64,000 nucleotides of DNA from Acidaminococcus sp. (GTDB taxonomy: Bacteria > Bacillota > Negativicutes > Acidaminococcales > Acidaminococcaceae): positions 644 to 64,643 of the forward strand of contig DXYB01000003.1 in the NCBI GenBank assembly GCA_019416065.1. Reading direction: 5' to 3'. Both the position numbers and the translations under genes were made by a program. Within the stretch, counting starts at the first letter, position 1. Each line of letters begins with the position of its first letter. This document shows, piece after piece, positions 1 through 8,780 of the stretch. The notes below the pieces were generated by a model. It saw only the letters and a program-made list of their open reading frames with translations. It was not told where the DNA came from and ran no database searches.

Positions 1-797
1 CCTACATTAAGGCATATGGTCGCAACACTGGCCGTCCCCTGCCGCATCAAGCTGGGGGCCCCGCCAGCAACCACTTCTTTAAAAATCCGCAAGGAAGGAT
101 GAATATTCCTCAATCGGATCATCAGATTGCCGCCCCTCCGCGTCATCATAAAGAGAATACAGAAACTAACGCATTGACTTAGTACTGTAGCATAGGCGGC
201 GCCGGCAATCCCCATATGAAAGGTAAAAATAAAAAGGGGATCCAATGCAACATTTAGAAAGCCTCCAATAGTAATTCCAATCATTCCGAAGGCTGCACTT
301 CCCTGAAAACGAAGATGGTTATTTAAAGTCAAGCTCCCCATAACAATAGGGGCTCCGGTCACCATAATACTCAGGTATTGTACCGCATAGGGAAGAATCG
401 TAGGCGTAGAACCGATGGCCGTAGCAATCTGGACTACAAACAGATTACCAACGATTGCTAGTAAGATGCCGCAAAAAAGAGAATAAAACAAACTGGTTGC
501 CGCCATAATTTCTGCTTTTTCGTGCTCTTTAGCACCCAAAAGGCGAGAAATAGAATTGCCAGACCCGATGCCAAAGAAAAAGGCGATGGCCTGTATCACA
601 CTCATAGTAGCAAAGGTAACGCCTACTGCTGCAGTAGAACTGGTATTTAGCTTGCTGACATAAAAGGTATCTGCCATATTATAAAAACTGGTACAAAGCA
701 TACTGACAATGGCAGGCAGTGCCAACTCCAGCATCAACTTTTCCACAGGAGCTTCCAGCATCCGGTGGTATTTTCTCTCTTCCAGTTCTCGTGTCAT
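1..797 (-). CDS. MATE family efflux transporter (N-terminal part; 3' end runs off the left window edge)
   Basis: Not in the ORF track because there is no stop inside the window. Hand translation of the reverse strand from ATG (795-797) gives MTRELEERKYHRMLEAPVEKLMLELALPAIVSMLCTSFYNMADTFYVSKLNTSSTAAVGV..., a continuous multi-TM hydrophobic sequence typical of MATE N-termini. GGGAG RBS upstream. Confidence 0.75.
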   Translation of the reverse strand, partial: MTRELEERKYHRMLEAPVEKLMLELALPAIVSMLCTSFYNMADTFYVSKLNTSSTAAVGVTFATMSVIQAIAFFFGIGSGNSISRLLGAKEHEKAEIMAATSLFYSLFCGILLAIVGNLFVVQIATAIGSTPTILPYAVQYLSIMVTGAPIVMGSLTLNNHLRFQGSAAFGMIGITIGGFLNVALDPLFIFTFHMGIAGAAYATVLSQCVSFCILFMMTRRGGNLMIRLRNIHPSLRIFKEVVAGGAPSLMRQGTASVATICLNV

Positions 798-877
798 ACT
801 ATTGACTTCTCCCTCTGACGTCTCAGCCTACAGCAGTATAGAAAAGCCGCCTTGCAAGGCGGCAATAGGGCATGATT

Positions 878-1699
878 TTAGCGGAACTCGACTTTTAAAT
901 GCTGCCGAGGTACAAGGCGGTTATATTTGTATTTGGGATAGCCTACCAGCAGCGTACCTACTAATACCTGCTTGGCAGGAACGTTCAGCAAGTCTCGCAT
1001 GGGTTGATAATTGGACTGGGCACAGGTTTGGATAAAGCCCATAATCGTAGTCCCAAGCCCAATAGTGGGCGAATACAGTTCTATATAGGCAGAGGCTTGT
1101 TCCCAGTTACTGATACCGGTCACGTTAAGCCGCCGTGCCAAGGCAAACACCAATTGCTTAGCATCTCGTCCAATGATGTCAATTTTTTTATCCCGGTACG
1201 TTTCCAACACTTTGCGGAAATACCGACGGCGAGGTCCTTCATTATCCACCTCAAGCTGCATCCAGTCTGCCACGCAGTCCGTGATTTGACGGATAAGCGC
1301 CCGATCACTGACCACAATATAGTACAAGCCCTGGGAATTGGCTGCGGTAGGTGCAAACTGAGCAACCTGTAATAATTGGGTCATTTTTTCTTCGCTGACC
1401 AATTCGTCCCGGAAATTACGAATGCTCCGGCGCATGCGAAGAAAATTATATGCTGTTTTTTCATCCAGTACGGGCATAGGAATGGGTTCTGTTTCTTCAT
1501 AGGGGACACGGGAATTTTGCAGTACCCCTTTAGGGCACACAGAAACGCAGTGCCCACAGGACATGCAGGACATATCATTGATGCATACCGGCCCGTTTTC
1601 GGTCATTTCCAGGATGCAGCTGGGGCATACTTTGGCGCAAATCCCGCAGCGAACACATTGCTCCTGGTCCACCGTTATAATTCCTGACAATAAAAACAC
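878..1699 (-). CDS. Ferredoxin-domain / nitroreductase family fusion protein
   Basis: N-terminus has two 4Fe-4S motifs (CVRCGICAKVCP, CMSCGHCVSVCP). These are followed by a nitroreductase-like core (RRSIRNFRDE..., FAPTAANSQG). GTG start at 1699; alternative TTG at 1690 sits 6 nt after GAGGTG. Confidence 0.8.
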   Translation of the reverse strand: MFLLSGIITVDQEQCVRCGICAKVCPSCILEMTENGPVCINDMSCMSCGHCVSVCPKGVLQNSRVPYEETEPIPMPVLDEKTAYNFLRMRRSIRNFRDELVSEEKMTQLLQVAQFAPTAANSQGLYYIVVSDRALIRQITDCVADWMQLEVDNEGPRRRYFRKVLETYRDKKIDIIGRDAKQLVFALARRLNVTGISNWEQASAYIELYSPTIGLGTTIMGFIQTCAQSNYQPMRDLLNVPAKQVLVGTLLVGYPKYKYNRLVPRQHLKVEFR

Positions 1700-1736
1700 C
1701 TCAAATTCTAAACTATGCGGCCAGGCCGCTATTAAT

Positions 1737-1760
1737 AAAAAAACCGGACAAGCTGTCCGG
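1737..1760 (-). terminator. Rho-independent terminator downstream of tRNA-Asn
   Basis: Minus strand CCGGACA-GCT-TGTCCGG hairpin (1744-1760) followed by a U7 tract (1737-1743). Confidence 0.7.
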
Positions 1761-1773
1761 CTACATTGCTAAA

Positions 1774-1848
1774 TGGCTCCCCGAGTAAGACTCGAACTTA
1801 CAACAACTCGATTAACAGTCGAGTGCTCTACCATTGAGCTATCGGGGA
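1774..1848 (-). tRNA. tRNA-Asn (anticodon GTT), CCA encoded
   Basis: Reverse complement folds as a cloverleaf: acceptor TCCCCGA/TCGGGGA, D arm GCTC..GAGC, anticodon stem CTCGA/TCGAG with loop CTGTTAA, T arm GTAAG-TTCGAGT-CTTAC, then G-CCA. Confidence 0.95.
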
Positions 1849-1869
1849 ATGTCTCAATCAACAGTCATT

Positions 1870-1898
1870 ATTTTACTAGAATTCTATAGCCCTGTCAA
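1870..1898 (-). promoter_or_regulatory. Sigma-70 type promoter for tRNA-Asn
   Basis: Minus strand TTGACA (1898-1893), 17 nt spacer, TAAAAT (1875-1870), about 20 nt upstream of the tRNA 5' end. Confidence 0.55.
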
Positions 1899-1914
1899 CG
1901 TCTTTTTTAGATTT

Positions 1915-2598
1915 TTAAAAATTTGTTTTTTCATTCCTTGCAAAGGGAAAGTAGAAAAGGCCCAACCGGGCACGACCGAACAGGTAGCTGGTATCATTTA
2001 ATGCAAACAGTGCATGCTCTCCCCAACGATTCACACCTACGACAGTCACGGATCCGGGACGGATATCAAAAGAAATACGCCGCTTTGCTACATCTTCAAT
2101 AGAAAGGCCTAGCCAGAAAAAAAGCATATTCTGAATGGTCCCTTTGTGGGAAACGATCACAAGATCTTGCTCTCCTACTTTTTTTAAGAGGTTTTGGAAC
2201 CCTTCAGCTGTCCTGGTAAAAAAATCACGTCTTGTTTCCCCGCCTTCATAGTTCACGTGATCCAATTCCCGCCCTGTCTCCGGCGGATGGTGGAACTTCT
2301 GAGCTTCTTCCTGGGTAAGTCCTGCTGCCTTGCCGTTATTTTTCTCCCGCAAAAACGAATAGGTTTGGACTGGCCGTGCCCCTACGGCATCGGCTATAAG
2401 CTGCGCTCCTTTAGAAGCCCGCATAAGGTCACTGCTCACCACAAGAGGCGGCTGATGCCCTGCAAAGTCGTTTTTTAAGCAGGCTGCCAAAAGGCGGAGC
2501 TGCTGACAGCCATTTTCCGTCAAATCAGAATCCGTCCATCCACCGGTCAACTTTTGTACGTGATGTTCTGCTTCACCGTGCCGGACAAGGATAATCAT
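1915..2598 (-). CDS. Histidine phosphatase (phosphoglycerate mutase) family protein
   Basis: N-terminal MIILVRHGEAEHH (RHG catalytic motif) and later VIVSHKGTI. GGGGAG RBS before the ATG. Confidence 0.85.
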   Translation of the reverse strand: MIILVRHGEAEHHVQKLTGGWTDSDLTENGCQQLRLLAACLKNDFAGHQPPLVVSSDLMRASKGAQLIADAVGARPVQTYSFLREKNNGKAAGLTQEEAQKFHHPPETGRELDHVNYEGGETRRDFFTRTAEGFQNLLKKVGEQDLVIVSHKGTIQNMLFFWLGLSIEDVAKRRISFDIRPGSVTVVGVNRWGEHALFALNDTSYLFGRARLGLFYFPFARNEKTNF

Positions 2599-2618
2599 TT
2601 TTTCTCCCCGTTTCTATG

Positions 2619-3413
2619 TTAAATGTACCGCTTAATTGTAATGGCAAACCGTCCTTTTTTTGTCGTTCCCCGCACTTCGGACAGTTCCACTCTTCCCCGT
2701 CCTCGAAAAGAAATCACATCGCCTTCTTTAACTGCTTGGGAAGGATTCTTTGCATCCTGCCAATTTAACTTGACATTTTGTCCCTTGATTTCGTCTGCCA
2801 TCCGGCTACGGCTCACCCCGTATCCGGAAGCCGCCACCGCATCCAACCGTAGCGCAGCCACAGTAGATGAAATCAGTTTGATCTTCTGCTCTTTTTCCTT
2901 AAGTTCGGTAAGGGGCACTTCCTGAGTTTCCACAGGCGCTGCCCCAATCTTAGTCAAGTTACTCAGCACAAACGGCAGCATTTGGCTTTCTACCACAAGC
3001 TGGGCCCCATCGTCTGTAAAAACGATATCTCCTAGAATATCCCTCGTACAGCCTAGGCCCATAAAGGCACCCAACACGTCCCTATGTCCGATGGTATAGT
3101 ATCGTTTATCCCAAATCAGGGTCACACCAGCAATCTTAAAATCTGGCTTGCCATAAAATTCATCGCTGATAAACGCAATGCGCAGCCGCTCTCCATTCTT
3201 AAAACCGCCGTCCATTTTCACTTTCACAGAAGGAAAATTGGCAGCTATAATATCGGCCACGTTCTGTCCATGGGGATCCAAAAATCCTGTCAACGCATAG
3301 CGGCGACTTTTGCGGGCACTGTCGGCCAAATCCAGCATCTGGGCTGCCAGTGCCTCGTCCCCGCTTGCTTTAAAATATCGTAAAATTTTTTCTCTATCAC
3401 TACTATTTGCCAT
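2619..3413 (-). CDS. ylmH: YlmH-type RNA-binding S4-domain protein (division-associated)
   Basis: 264 aa. C-terminal S4-like region (LRLDAVAASGYGVSRSRMADEIKGQNVKLNW). Position after sepF as in Firmicutes ylm operons. Confidence 0.8.
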   Translation of the reverse strand: MANSSDREKILRYFKASGDEALAAQMLDLADSARKSRRYALTGFLDPHGQNVADIIAANFPSVKVKMDGGFKNGERLRIAFISDEFYGKPDFKIAGVTLIWDKRYYTIGHRDVLGAFMGLGCTRDILGDIVFTDDGAQLVVESQMLPFVLSNLTKIGAAPVETQEVPLTELKEKEQKIKLISSTVAALRLDAVAASGYGVSRSRMADEIKGQNVKLNWQDAKNPSQAVKEGDVISFRGRGRVELSEVRGTTKKGRFAITIKRYI

Positions 3414-3430
3414 ACTGCATGCTTCTCCGC

Positions 3431-3985
3431 TTATTGTTCCCAGGGCTGATTGCCCTCCTGTAAATTGGTATTTTCCGTATCAATATCAACATTAGGCGGA
3501 GCGCATACCAGAAGGTTACGGCCAATTTTCCGCAGTGTTCCGTCCAATGCATAAATGGTTCCACTGACAAAATCAATAATCCGTTTTCGAACTTCCCGAT
3601 CAGTTTCTTCAAAATTAATCACAACCGGCTGGTTTTTGCAAAGGTAATCCGCCATCTTCTGGGAGTCATTAAAATCAATGGGTTCAATCACCACTACACT
3701 CACCGGATTTCTGTTAACCGGCATACTAAGCACCTTGTCCCCTCTAAGGGTAGAGGATGGAGTCTTGCTTTCTTCCTCATAACTTTTGTGCAAGTTAGTC
3801 TCATAGGAATCAAAGCTAGGAGGTGGTAGCGTCTCTTCCTCCTTATCCCGATCCCGCCAGCTATTGCCAAACATAGGTACTACGTTACCGGTTTCCTTTT
3901 CCTGGGGGGCCGTTTCTTCTGCTGCGTTTTCGTCCCCTCCATTATACAGTCCAAAGTATTCTAAGACTTTATTTAATCGTTTCAT
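3431..3985 (-). CDS. sepF: Cell division protein SepF
   Basis: Conserved C-terminal SepF core: VVVIEPIDFNDSQKMADYLCKNQPVVINFEETDREVRKRIIDFVSGTIYALDGTLRKIG. Sits in the ylm context. Confidence 0.9.
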   Translation of the reverse strand: MKRLNKVLEYFGLYNGGDENAAEETAPQEKETGNVVPMFGNSWRDRDKEEETLPPPSFDSYETNLHKSYEEESKTPSSTLRGDKVLSMPVNRNPVSVVVIEPIDFNDSQKMADYLCKNQPVVINFEETDREVRKRIIDFVSGTIYALDGTLRKIGRNLLVCAPPNVDIDTENTNLQEGNQPWEQ

Positions 3986-4009
3986 GCGTTTTAATCTCCA
4001 CCATTTCTT

Positions 4010-4714
4010 TTAAAATTTTAACGAATAATCCCGGGCCCCAAATAACGCAGAACCAACTCGAATTTCATTGGCTCCTTCTTCCACGGCAATCCAGTAGTCA
4101 TGCGTCATGCCCATGGAAAGAATATTTACAGTGCCATTAGATAGTGTCTCCCGTAGTCGTAGAAAATCCTGATAGCCTGCAGCAAAAACGGGCCTTGTTT
4201 CTTCCACATTATCGGTTGCTTGGGCAATCACCATAACACCGCGTACCCTGAGATGGGAATAGTCTTGCAATTGAGGAAGGACTTGTTTGAATTCCGCTGG
4301 GGCAAAACCACTTTTTTGTGCTTCTCCCGCTTCGTTAATCTGCAGCAAAATATCCTGCACTTTCCCTAATTCACTAGCATATTTCTCCAAAGAGTCCAAC
4401 AGTTTAAGACTGTCTACACTTTCAATGATACTAAAATGCTCCACGGCATGTTTGGCTTTATTGGTCTGCAAATGACCGATCAGGTGCCAATTGCCGTCAC
4501 ATGGTAAAACTGCCTGTTTGTGCATGGCTTCTTGCACTCGGTTTTCCCCTATTTCTGTAAGACCCGCTTCCAAAGCTTCTGTCACCACGCTAGCTGGATG
4601 GTTTTTTGTCACCGCTACGATGGTCACTGCATCACCTGTTGCTTTGGGTTCCGTTCTTTTTTTCAACGCAAGTTGAATCTTATTTTCCACTTTAACAAGT
4701 GCATCTTTTAGCAA
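4010..4714 (-). CDS. yggS: YggS/YlmE family pyridoxal-phosphate homeostasis protein
   Basis: Motifs VAVTKNHP, IGENRVQEA, WHLIGHLQTNKAK, RVGSALFG. TTG start 8 nt after GGAGG. Confidence 0.9.
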   Translation of the reverse strand: MLKDALVKVENKIQLALKKRTEPKATGDAVTIVAVTKNHPASVVTEALEAGLTEIGENRVQEAMHKQAVLPCDGNWHLIGHLQTNKAKHAVEHFSIIESVDSLKLLDSLEKYASELGKVQDILLQINEAGEAQKSGFAPAEFKQVLPQLQDYSHLRVRGVMVIAQATDNVEETRPVFAAGYQDFLRLRETLSNGTVNILSMGMTHDYWIAVEEGANEIRVGSALFGARDYSLKF

Positions 4715-4729
4715 AGACGTCCACCTCCC

Positions 4730-5536
4730 TCAGGCTTTTCGCATTAAAATTGCTGCCAGGCGCCCCGTCCTACCCTTTTCCCCCCTATAGGAAAAAAACA
4801 GGTCCTGATGACACTTGGTACAGCACGCAGCCTGATAAATATTTTTTGCTGGAATGCCAGCTTCTTGCAGTTGTATTCTATTTAGCTGCCACAAATCCAA
4901 TAGATAATGACCCTCTCCATGGGGATGAAAACACATTTCATACCCTTTGGCTTGTTGCCAGACCGCTTGATCTACCTCATAACAACAAGGGCCGATAGAG
5001 GGACCAATCCCCGCCAAAAGATTTTCTGGACGTGTGCCAAAAGTTTCTTGCATAGCAAGAACCCCTTTTCTGGCGATTCCTCCTAGACTTCCCCGCCACC
5101 CGGCATGGAGCACGGCAATGGCAGAACTCTTGGTATCTAGGAGAACTATCGGAGTGCAATCTGCATAAAAGAGCATGAGCGGCAAACTAGCTTCATCTGT
5201 CATGAGTCCATCTGCTGCTTGGATGGTATCTTCATAAGAAAACGCACCCTGTCCTGCGTTTTTACTTGTTACCACCGCAATATGGGTACCGTGCACTTGG
5301 GCACAGGTTGCTGTCCTTTCCAAGGGAAACCCCATTACTTTCGCTACCTTTTGGCGGTTACGCAGTACTTTTTCCGAAGTATCCCCTACATGCAGCGCCA
5401 TATTTAGCGTACCAGGTCGTATACTACTTTCCCCGCCGATGCGGCAAGTAAAACCAAGTACGACACCAAAAGTCTCCCAGGCGGGAAACGTGCCCCAGGC
5501 TATGCCATGGGATTGTTTAATGATCCAGTTGTCCAT
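4730..5536 (-). CDS. pgeF: Peptidoglycan editing factor PgeF (YfiH/YlmD family)
   Basis: Motifs QVHGTHIAVV, YADCTPIVL, HAGWRG. The track ORF extends to 5626, but I prefer the internal ATG at 5536 (MDNWIIKQSHG...) with a GAAAGG RBS. Confidence 0.85.
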   Translation of the reverse strand: MDNWIIKQSHGIAWGTFPAWETFGVVLGFTCRIGGESSIRPGTLNMALHVGDTSEKVLRNRQKVAKVMGFPLERTATCAQVHGTHIAVVTSKNAGQGAFSYEDTIQAADGLMTDEASLPLMLFYADCTPIVLLDTKSSAIAVLHAGWRGSLGGIARKGVLAMQETFGTRPENLLAGIGPSIGPCCYEVDQAVWQQAKGYEMCFHPHGEGHYLLDLWQLNRIQLQEAGIPAKNIYQAACCTKCHQDLFFSYRGEKGRTGRLAAILMRKA

Positions 5537-5592
5537 GTCATCGCCTTTCTTTATGAGTATGCTACGGGGGTAAAACTTTCCCGTTAAATTGT

Positions 5593-5621
5593 ATTGTACT
5601 TTCTTTTTAAAGTTTTGTAAA
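5593..5621 (-). promoter_or_regulatory. Candidate promoter of the pgeF-yggS-sepF-ylmH operon
   Basis: Minus strand TTTACA (5621-5616), 17 nt spacer, TACAAT (5598-5593). Confidence 0.4.
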
Positions 5622-5671
5622 CACATGCAAAGACCGGAGCAACTGCCTGCCCCGGCCCTTTATCTTGTTTT

Positions 5672-6895
5672 TTATTTTTTATTGCGTTCGTCTGCCGAAA
5701 CTACCACGGCACAAGCAGCATCACCAGTAATATTCACGGTGGTACGTCCCATATCAAAAATCCGGTCAATACCAGCTACCAAGGCGATTCCTTCCACTGG
5801 AAGTCCTACGGATTCCAGCACCATGGCCAGCATGACCATTCCAGCACCTGGCACACCCGCCGTACCGATGGAAGCAATGGTAGCTGTTAACACAATAGTC
5901 AAAAGCTGTGCCGGCGTCAAACTGATCCCATAACAGCTGGCAATAAAGACGGAGCACACGCCCTGATAAATAGCAGTCCCGTCCATATTAATAGTCGCAC
6001 CTAGCGGCAATACAAAGGAATAGACATCCTTAGGTACACCCAACTTATCACAGCATTCCATGTTCATAGGAAGTGTGCCTACGCTGGAAGCAGAAGAAAA
6101 GGCGAAAATAATAGCAGGGGCCATACCCTTAAAGAACGTCAGCGGGCTCATTTTTCCCAGCGTTCTCACAGTAAAGGAATACACAACAACAGCATGAACA
6201 ATGTAGCCAACATAGGCAACCAATAAGACCATAGCTAAAGAGCCTAGGATTGACGGACCGTTTTGGGCTACCACCGGGCAAAGCAGGCAGAAGACACCAA
6301 TAGGAGAAAGGCGCAGGATCATTTCCATAGCTTTCAGGCAAAGATCGTTCACTGTATTTACCGCCTTGGTACAGGCTTCTGTTTTATCATCGTCAATCAA
6401 AAGGACGGCAAACCCGATTAAAAGCGAGGCCACAATCACCTGCAGCATATCGGCTGTCACAAATGGTTTCACAAAATTGCTTGGGAAAATATTTACCAGC
6501 GTATCCATAAAATTCACAGCTTTTTTCGCCTTAAATGCCAGTCCTGTAGTTGCAAGAAGCGGGAAACTCCCTTTAAATAAATTGGCAAACAGCAGACCAA
6601 TAGACACGGCAAACGCCGTGGTGCACAGATAATACGTCACTGTCCGCCCACCGATAACTCCCAGTTTCCGGATATCTTTCATGGAGATAATCCCTGACAT
6701 AATAGAGAAAAATACCAATGGTGCCACAATCCATTTGATCAAGTTCAGAAAAATAGTCCCGAAGGGTTTGATATAGGTTGCGGCCAATTTGGCACCCCCT
6801 CCTCCGGTAAGGGCTACCCCAGCAATAATGGCAAGAACCATTGCAATAAAGATCTGGGTAGCTAACGGCATGCCTTTTCCTTTCCCTGCTGTCAT
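5672..6895 (-). CDS. Dicarboxylate/amino acid:cation symporter (DAACS, GltP-like)
   Basis: 407 aa multi-TM protein with family motifs SSASSVGTLP, GATINMDGTA, VNITGDA. AGGAGG RBS 8 nt before the ATG. Confidence 0.9.
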   Translation of the reverse strand: MTAGKGKGMPLATQIFIAMVLAIIAGVALTGGGGAKLAATYIKPFGTIFLNLIKWIVAPLVFFSIMSGIISMKDIRKLGVIGGRTVTYYLCTTAFAVSIGLLFANLFKGSFPLLATTGLAFKAKKAVNFMDTLVNIFPSNFVKPFVTADMLQVIVASLLIGFAVLLIDDDKTEACTKAVNTVNDLCLKAMEMILRLSPIGVFCLLCPVVAQNGPSILGSLAMVLLVAYVGYIVHAVVVYSFTVRTLGKMSPLTFFKGMAPAIIFAFSSASSVGTLPMNMECCDKLGVPKDVYSFVLPLGATINMDGTAIYQGVCSVFIASCYGISLTPAQLLTIVLTATIASIGTAGVPGAGMVMLAMVLESVGLPVEGIALVAGIDRIFDMGRTTVNITGDAACAVVVSADERNKK

Positions 6896-7101
6896 ACCAA
6901 ATACCTCCTTTGTGCGGCACTATGCCGATGTTAATTTTATTTTACCATGAATGTTAGTAGAGATTTTTAGACAATTTTCAGACAGTTTTCTCTTTTATTC
7001 TACAATTTTTTTATCTTTTCCGGCTGTCATGAAATATGATAAGATAGTAGGCATAAAACAGTATCATTGTGGACACAAGGGTGTACCGAAGGAGGTTTTT
7101 T

Positions 7102-8085
7102 ATGCTGGATAAACGAACCATTGGCATTGTAGGAGTAGGACATGTAGGGGCTCATGTGGCATTTTGTCTTGGGCTTATGGGCATTGCGGATGAAGTCCTA
7201 CTGTGTGATATGGATGAAAAGAAAGTTACGGGAGAATGCAATGATCTAAATGACGCGGTTCCTTTTATGCCAGGTCGCACTACGTATCGCGTGGTGGATT
7301 ATACTGGGCTCAGGGATTGCGATATTTTGGTCAATGCCGTCGGTAATATTGAACTATGTAAAAATTTTGACAGAGACAGTGAACTGATTAGCAGCACCCA
7401 AAAGGTCGCCGAGGTCATCCCAGTAATTATGGATGCGGGATTCCACGGTCTTATTGTAAATATTACTAATCCGTGTGATGCCATTACCCATCTGGTGGCC
7501 AAGTTGTCCGGTCTGCCCAAAGGTCATGTGCTGGGAACTGGTACCCTTCTGGATTCTGCCCGGCTGCATCACAATTTAACGGCTAAAACCGACGTGGATA
7601 GCCGGAGTATCCACGGGTATATGATGGGAGAACATGGCAATAGCCAATTTGTACCCTGGAGCCAGGTGCAGGTCTTTGGCCAAGCCCTAGGGAATTGGGA
7701 AGTTAGCCAGGATGTGCATATTGACAGAGAAAAGACTAAAGAAGAAGTAAAAAAAGGCGGTTGGGTAACTCTTGCCGGCAAAGCTTGTACCGAGTACGGG
7801 ATTGCTTCCGGTGCTGCCACCTTACTCCGCAGTATTTTGCGGGATGAAAGACGTATCCTCCCCTGCTCCGCAGAGCTGGACGGCGAATATGGGGAACACG
7901 ATATTTTTGCAGGGACTCCCGCCCTCATTGGCAAAAACGGTGTGGAAAAAGTCATTGAAGTTAGACTCTCTCCCAATGAATTGCTGGATTTCAAAGCATC
8001 CATCGGCGCCATCCGCACCAATATGTTGAAAATTAAAGCCATTGTAGAAGAAAAAACTAAACAGCAACGTAAGGATGGAAATTAA
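7102..8085 (+). CDS. L-2-hydroxyacid (lactate/malate) dehydrogenase family protein
   Basis: Rossmann motif IGIVGVGHVGAHVAF, plus LLDSARL and GEHGNSQF (LDH-type catalytic His). Start chosen at ATG 7102, 6 nt after GGAGG, rather than the track start 7069. Confidence 0.85.
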   Translation: MLDKRTIGIVGVGHVGAHVAFCLGLMGIADEVLLCDMDEKKVTGECNDLNDAVPFMPGRTTYRVVDYTGLRDCDILVNAVGNIELCKNFDRDSELISSTQKVAEVIPVIMDAGFHGLIVNITNPCDAITHLVAKLSGLPKGHVLGTGTLLDSARLHHNLTAKTDVDSRSIHGYMMGEHGNSQFVPWSQVQVFGQALGNWEVSQDVHIDREKTKEEVKKGGWVTLAGKACTEYGIASGAATLLRSILRDERRILPCSAELDGEYGEHDIFAGTPALIGKNGVEKVIEVRLSPNELLDFKASIGAIRTNMLKIKAIVEEKTKQQRKDGN

Positions 8086-8088
8086 ACT

Positions 8089-8595
8089 ATGGACTATACT
8101 TACGCAAAGAATTTCTGGACAAAGCGGGATGCCAAAGCAAAAAATATGCCACAGGAGCTATTGGAACAGCGAGTTGCTCTTTTTTTGAAGGAACATAATA
8201 CCTGCGCTCTAGCTACAGGCTTTGGTAATACGGTGCGCTGTACTACACTCGCCTACCAATATCGCAAAGGGAAAATTTGCATTTTCTCCGAAGGCGGGGA
8301 AAAATTTGGACTCTTGGAACAAAATAAACAAGTAGCCCTCACCATTGCTGATACGTATCACGGTCCCGGCACCGCTAAAGGCTTACAAATTGAGGGTACG
8401 GCCAAAATACTTAGCCCCGATGAGGCAGATTTTGCATCCCAGCTCACAGAGCTTGGTTATCCGGCACAGCGATTTCAGAAGATGCATCCTCCACTATTTT
8501 GCATTGTCATTTCCCCAGAGCATATCGTCTATATCAATGGCGATTTCAAAAAAGAGGGCTATAGCGTCCGTCAGCGTCTTACCTATACTGCATAA
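8089..8595 (+). CDS. Pyridoxamine 5'-phosphate oxidase-like FMN-binding family protein
   Basis: 168 aa. The NTCALATGFGNTVRCTTLAYQY...ICIFSEGGEKF pattern resembles the PNPOx-like split barrel. Starts 3 nt after the dehydrogenase stop. Confidence 0.6.
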   Translation: MDYTYAKNFWTKRDAKAKNMPQELLEQRVALFLKEHNTCALATGFGNTVRCTTLAYQYRKGKICIFSEGGEKFGLLEQNKQVALTIADTYHGPGTAKGLQIEGTAKILSPDEADFASQLTELGYPAQRFQKMHPPLFCIVISPEHIVYINGDFKKEGYSVRQRLTYTA

Positions 8596-8600
8596 AACAC

Positions 8601-8650
8601 GAGGACTGTAAAGAAAGTACTTACTTTCTCTACAGTCCTCGTTTCATTTT
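8601..8650 (+). terminator. Rho-independent terminator of the dehydrogenase/PNPOx pair
   Basis: 18-bp stem GAGGACTGTAAAGAAAGT / ACTTTCTCTACAGTCCTC (1 mismatch), followed by GTTTCATTTT. Confidence 0.75.
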
Positions 8651-8780
8651 ACTCGTGAATTTTTACCTTCCCGATAGCTAGTGACATCTTGGGATCCATT
8701 TCATCATATATGGTACTTTTACCGGTATCCAATACTTTGATAGCAGCCATGTCATCCTCTGTCAAAGTCCTGACAGCTTT

